A stretch of DNA of 37,208 nt, taken from NCBI GenBank assembly GCA_044346905.1, contig JBIIYH010000003.1, positions 1-37,208 of the forward strand, in the 5' to 3' direction. This DNA is from Pirellulales bacterium (lineage in GTDB: Bacteria > Planctomycetota > Planctomycetia > Pirellulales > UBA1268). Numbering within the stretch: position 1 is the first letter of the stretch; the number at the start of each line of letters is the position of its first letter. Below are positions 33,760-37,208 of the stretch, one piece after another. A program made the translations under genes and the position numbers. The notes under the pieces were generated by a model that made no database searches, had not been told where the DNA came from, and was given only the letters and a program-made list of their open reading frames with translations.

Positions 33760-34395
33760 ATGGCGGCCACCACCATCCTCATCGCCGACGACCACGAGGT
33801 GGTTCGCAAGGGGCTCCTGAGCCTGTTCGCCGATTCGCCCGCGCGGGTCCTTGGCGAGGCGGCGACCGCGGACGACGCGGTGCGGCAGGCCCGGAAGCTG
33901 AAGCCCGACGTCGTGCTGCTCGACGTGCGGTTCGGCGCCGCCGATGGCCTCGACGTCATCAAGCGGATCCGGGCGGCGGCCCCCGAAGCGAAGGTCGTGA
34001 TCCTGTCCGCCTTCGACAACCCGACCTACGTGGCCCGCGCGGTGGCGGCCGGCGCCCACGACTACCTGCTCAAGACCGTCTCACGCAGCGAACTGATCGC
34101 CGCCGTGACGTCCGCGGCCTCGGGGGAGCACGCGACCCGCGCCGGCGAACTGCGGCGGGTGGCGGGCCAGATGTCCCGGCGGGATCAAACTGCCGTCGGG
34201 GGAGTGCCGCTGACGCCGCGGGAAAACCAGGTGCTCCGGCTGGTGGCGATGGGACTCTCCAACCAGGAGATCGCCGACTCGCTCGAAATCAGCATCGAAA
34301 CCGTGAAAGAGCACGTGCAAAACCTGCTCCGCAAGCTCGCGCTCGGCGACCGGACGCAGGCGGCGGTCTGGGCGTTGCGACACGGTTTGGCGTGA
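33760..34395 (+). CDS. NarL/FixJ family response regulator (REC plus LuxR HTH)
   Basis: ILIADDHEVVRKGL, PDVVLLDV, ILSAFD, GAHDYLLK, LTPRENQVLRLVAMGLSNQEIA..L.IS.ETVKEHV. TTGACA at 33721-33726. Confidence 0.95.
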   Translation: MAATTILIADDHEVVRKGLLSLFADSPARVLGEAATADDAVRQARKLKPDVVLLDVRFGAADGLDVIKRIRAAAPEAKVVILSAFDNPTYVARAVAAGAHDYLLKTVSRSELIAAVTSAASGEHATRAGELRRVAGQMSRRDQTAVGGVPLTPRENQVLRLVAMGLSNQEIADSLEISIETVKEHVQNLLRKLALGDRTQAAVWALRHGLA

Positions 34396-34465
34396 CCGGC
34401 TTCGGGATCGGCCTCGGCACCCTGCCCGGGTCTCGCACCGCATCCATAAGCTCTCGTTCTCGGTC

Positions 34466-36235
<1,770 letters not shown>

Positions 36236-36390
36236 GCCTGCGAGCGGCCCGATATTGGCCCATCGGCCGTGACCGTGCTACTCTTCAGGAAGGTTTCCTC
36301 CCGCTGATCGACCGTTTTCGGTCCGCGATCCCGCCCGACCGTTTGGGCTCTGGGATCGGCGACGTGGGCATCCCCTCGCGAAGACGTTCC

Positions 36391-37208
36391 ATGGGTTGCT
36401 TGCCGCGATCTTCGGCTTGGCTTCGCGTGCTGCACCTGCTGCTCGGCGGAGGGCTGCTGGCATCCGCCGCCTCGGCCGAGCCAACTGCTCCGCTGGATTT
36501 CAACCGGGACATCCGCCCGATCCTGTCCGAGAACTGCTTCTATTGCCACGGCCAGGACGGGCAGAAGCGGGAGGCCGACCTGCGGCTCGACGACCGGGCC
36601 GCGGCGATCGCGGCCGGGGCGATCGTGCCCGGCGACGCGGGGGCGAGCACGATGCTCGAGCGGATCCATTCGACCGATCCCGACGTCCTGATGCCGCCCC
36701 CCGACTCCAACCGGCGGCTCACCGCGGAGCAGAAGCAGCTGCTCGACCGTTGGATCCGCGCGGGGGCCGACTATGCGCCGCACTGGGCCTTCGTGCCGCC
36801 CAAGCGGCCGCAGCCCCCGGCGGTGCAGCGAGCCGACTGGGTGCGGAATGACATCGACCGCTTCGTGCTCGCCAAGCTCGAGGCCGCGGGGCTCGCGCCC
36901 GCGGCCGAGGCCGACCGGGCCACGCTGATCCGCCGGCTCCACGCCGACCTCGTGGGCCTGCCGCCGACGCCGGAAGAGGTCGATGCCTTCGTCGCCGACC
37001 CTGGTCCTGACGCCTACGAGTTATTGGTGGCCAGGCTGCTGGCCTCGCCGCACTACGGCGAGCGGATGGCCCTGCCCTGGCTCGACGCGGCCCGCTACGC
37101 CGACTCCAACGGCTTTCAGCAGGACGGCGACACCTGGCAGTGGATCTGGCGGGACTGGGTGGTCAAGGCGCTGAACGCCGACCTGCCCTTCGACCAGTTC
37201 TCGATCGA
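36391..37208 (+). CDS. Planctomycete cytochrome c / DUF1549(-DUF1553) protein (3' end runs off the window)
   Basis: Not in the ORF track. Manual translation shows a signal peptide, DFNRDIRPILSENCFYCHG (CxxCH), LRLD, MPP, WI..GA, HWAFVPP, IDRFV, GLPPTPEE, SPHYGERMA..WLDAARYADSNG. TGcTACTCT at 36276-36284. Confidence 0.92.
   Translation, partial: MGCLPRSSAWLRVLHLLLGGGLLASAASAEPTAPLDFNRDIRPILSENCFYCHGQDGQKREADLRLDDRAAAIAAGAIVPGDAGASTMLERIHSTDPDVLMPPPDSNRRLTAEQKQLLDRWIRAGADYAPHWAFVPPKRPQPPAVQRADWVRNDIDRFVLAKLEAAGLAPAAEADRATLIRRLHADLVGLPPTPEEVDAFVADPGPDAYELLVARLLASPHYGERMALPWLDAARYADSNGFQQDGDTWQWIWRDWVVKALNADLPFDQFSI

Overview
High-GC bacterial chromosomal window, almost certainly from a planctomycete (Pirellulales-like). 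The lineage call rests on a planctomycete cytochrome c/DUF1549-type gene, a DUF1571-like gene and several hypothetical proteins resembling planctomycete-restricted families. About 28 genes are supported. In order: a minus-strand cluster (NUDIX-like, iscS, iscA, cbiET, bshB1-like); a small, more AT-rich two-gene nucleotidyltransferase module; divergent queA and rsmH, with a LysM membrane protein and AMP nucleosidase after rsmH; DUF1571; an MBL hydrolase-plsC-cdsA operon; a strongly structured intergenic region; a secreted HEXXH peptidase; two giant translationally coupled envelope proteins; inositol monophosphatase; a catalytically degenerate Mre11/SbcD-like protein with a membrane-anchored Rad50/YhaN-like ATPase; an AI-2E transporter; a GT2 plus GT-C glycosyltransferase fusion; an orphan NarL regulator, a Ser/Thr kinase and a truncated cytochrome c gene. 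No rRNA, tRNA, CRISPR array or transposase was seen. Best candidates for undescribed biology: (1) the giant envelope pair, built from three homologous signal-ectodomain-3TM units with an internal signal peptide; (2) the dead-nuclease/membrane-SMC pair; (3) recurring CsrA-type ANGGAG hairpins over ribosome-binding sites plus a CsrB-like intergenic element; (4) the GT2-GT-C fusion. All family names come from motif recognition by eye, not from database searches.
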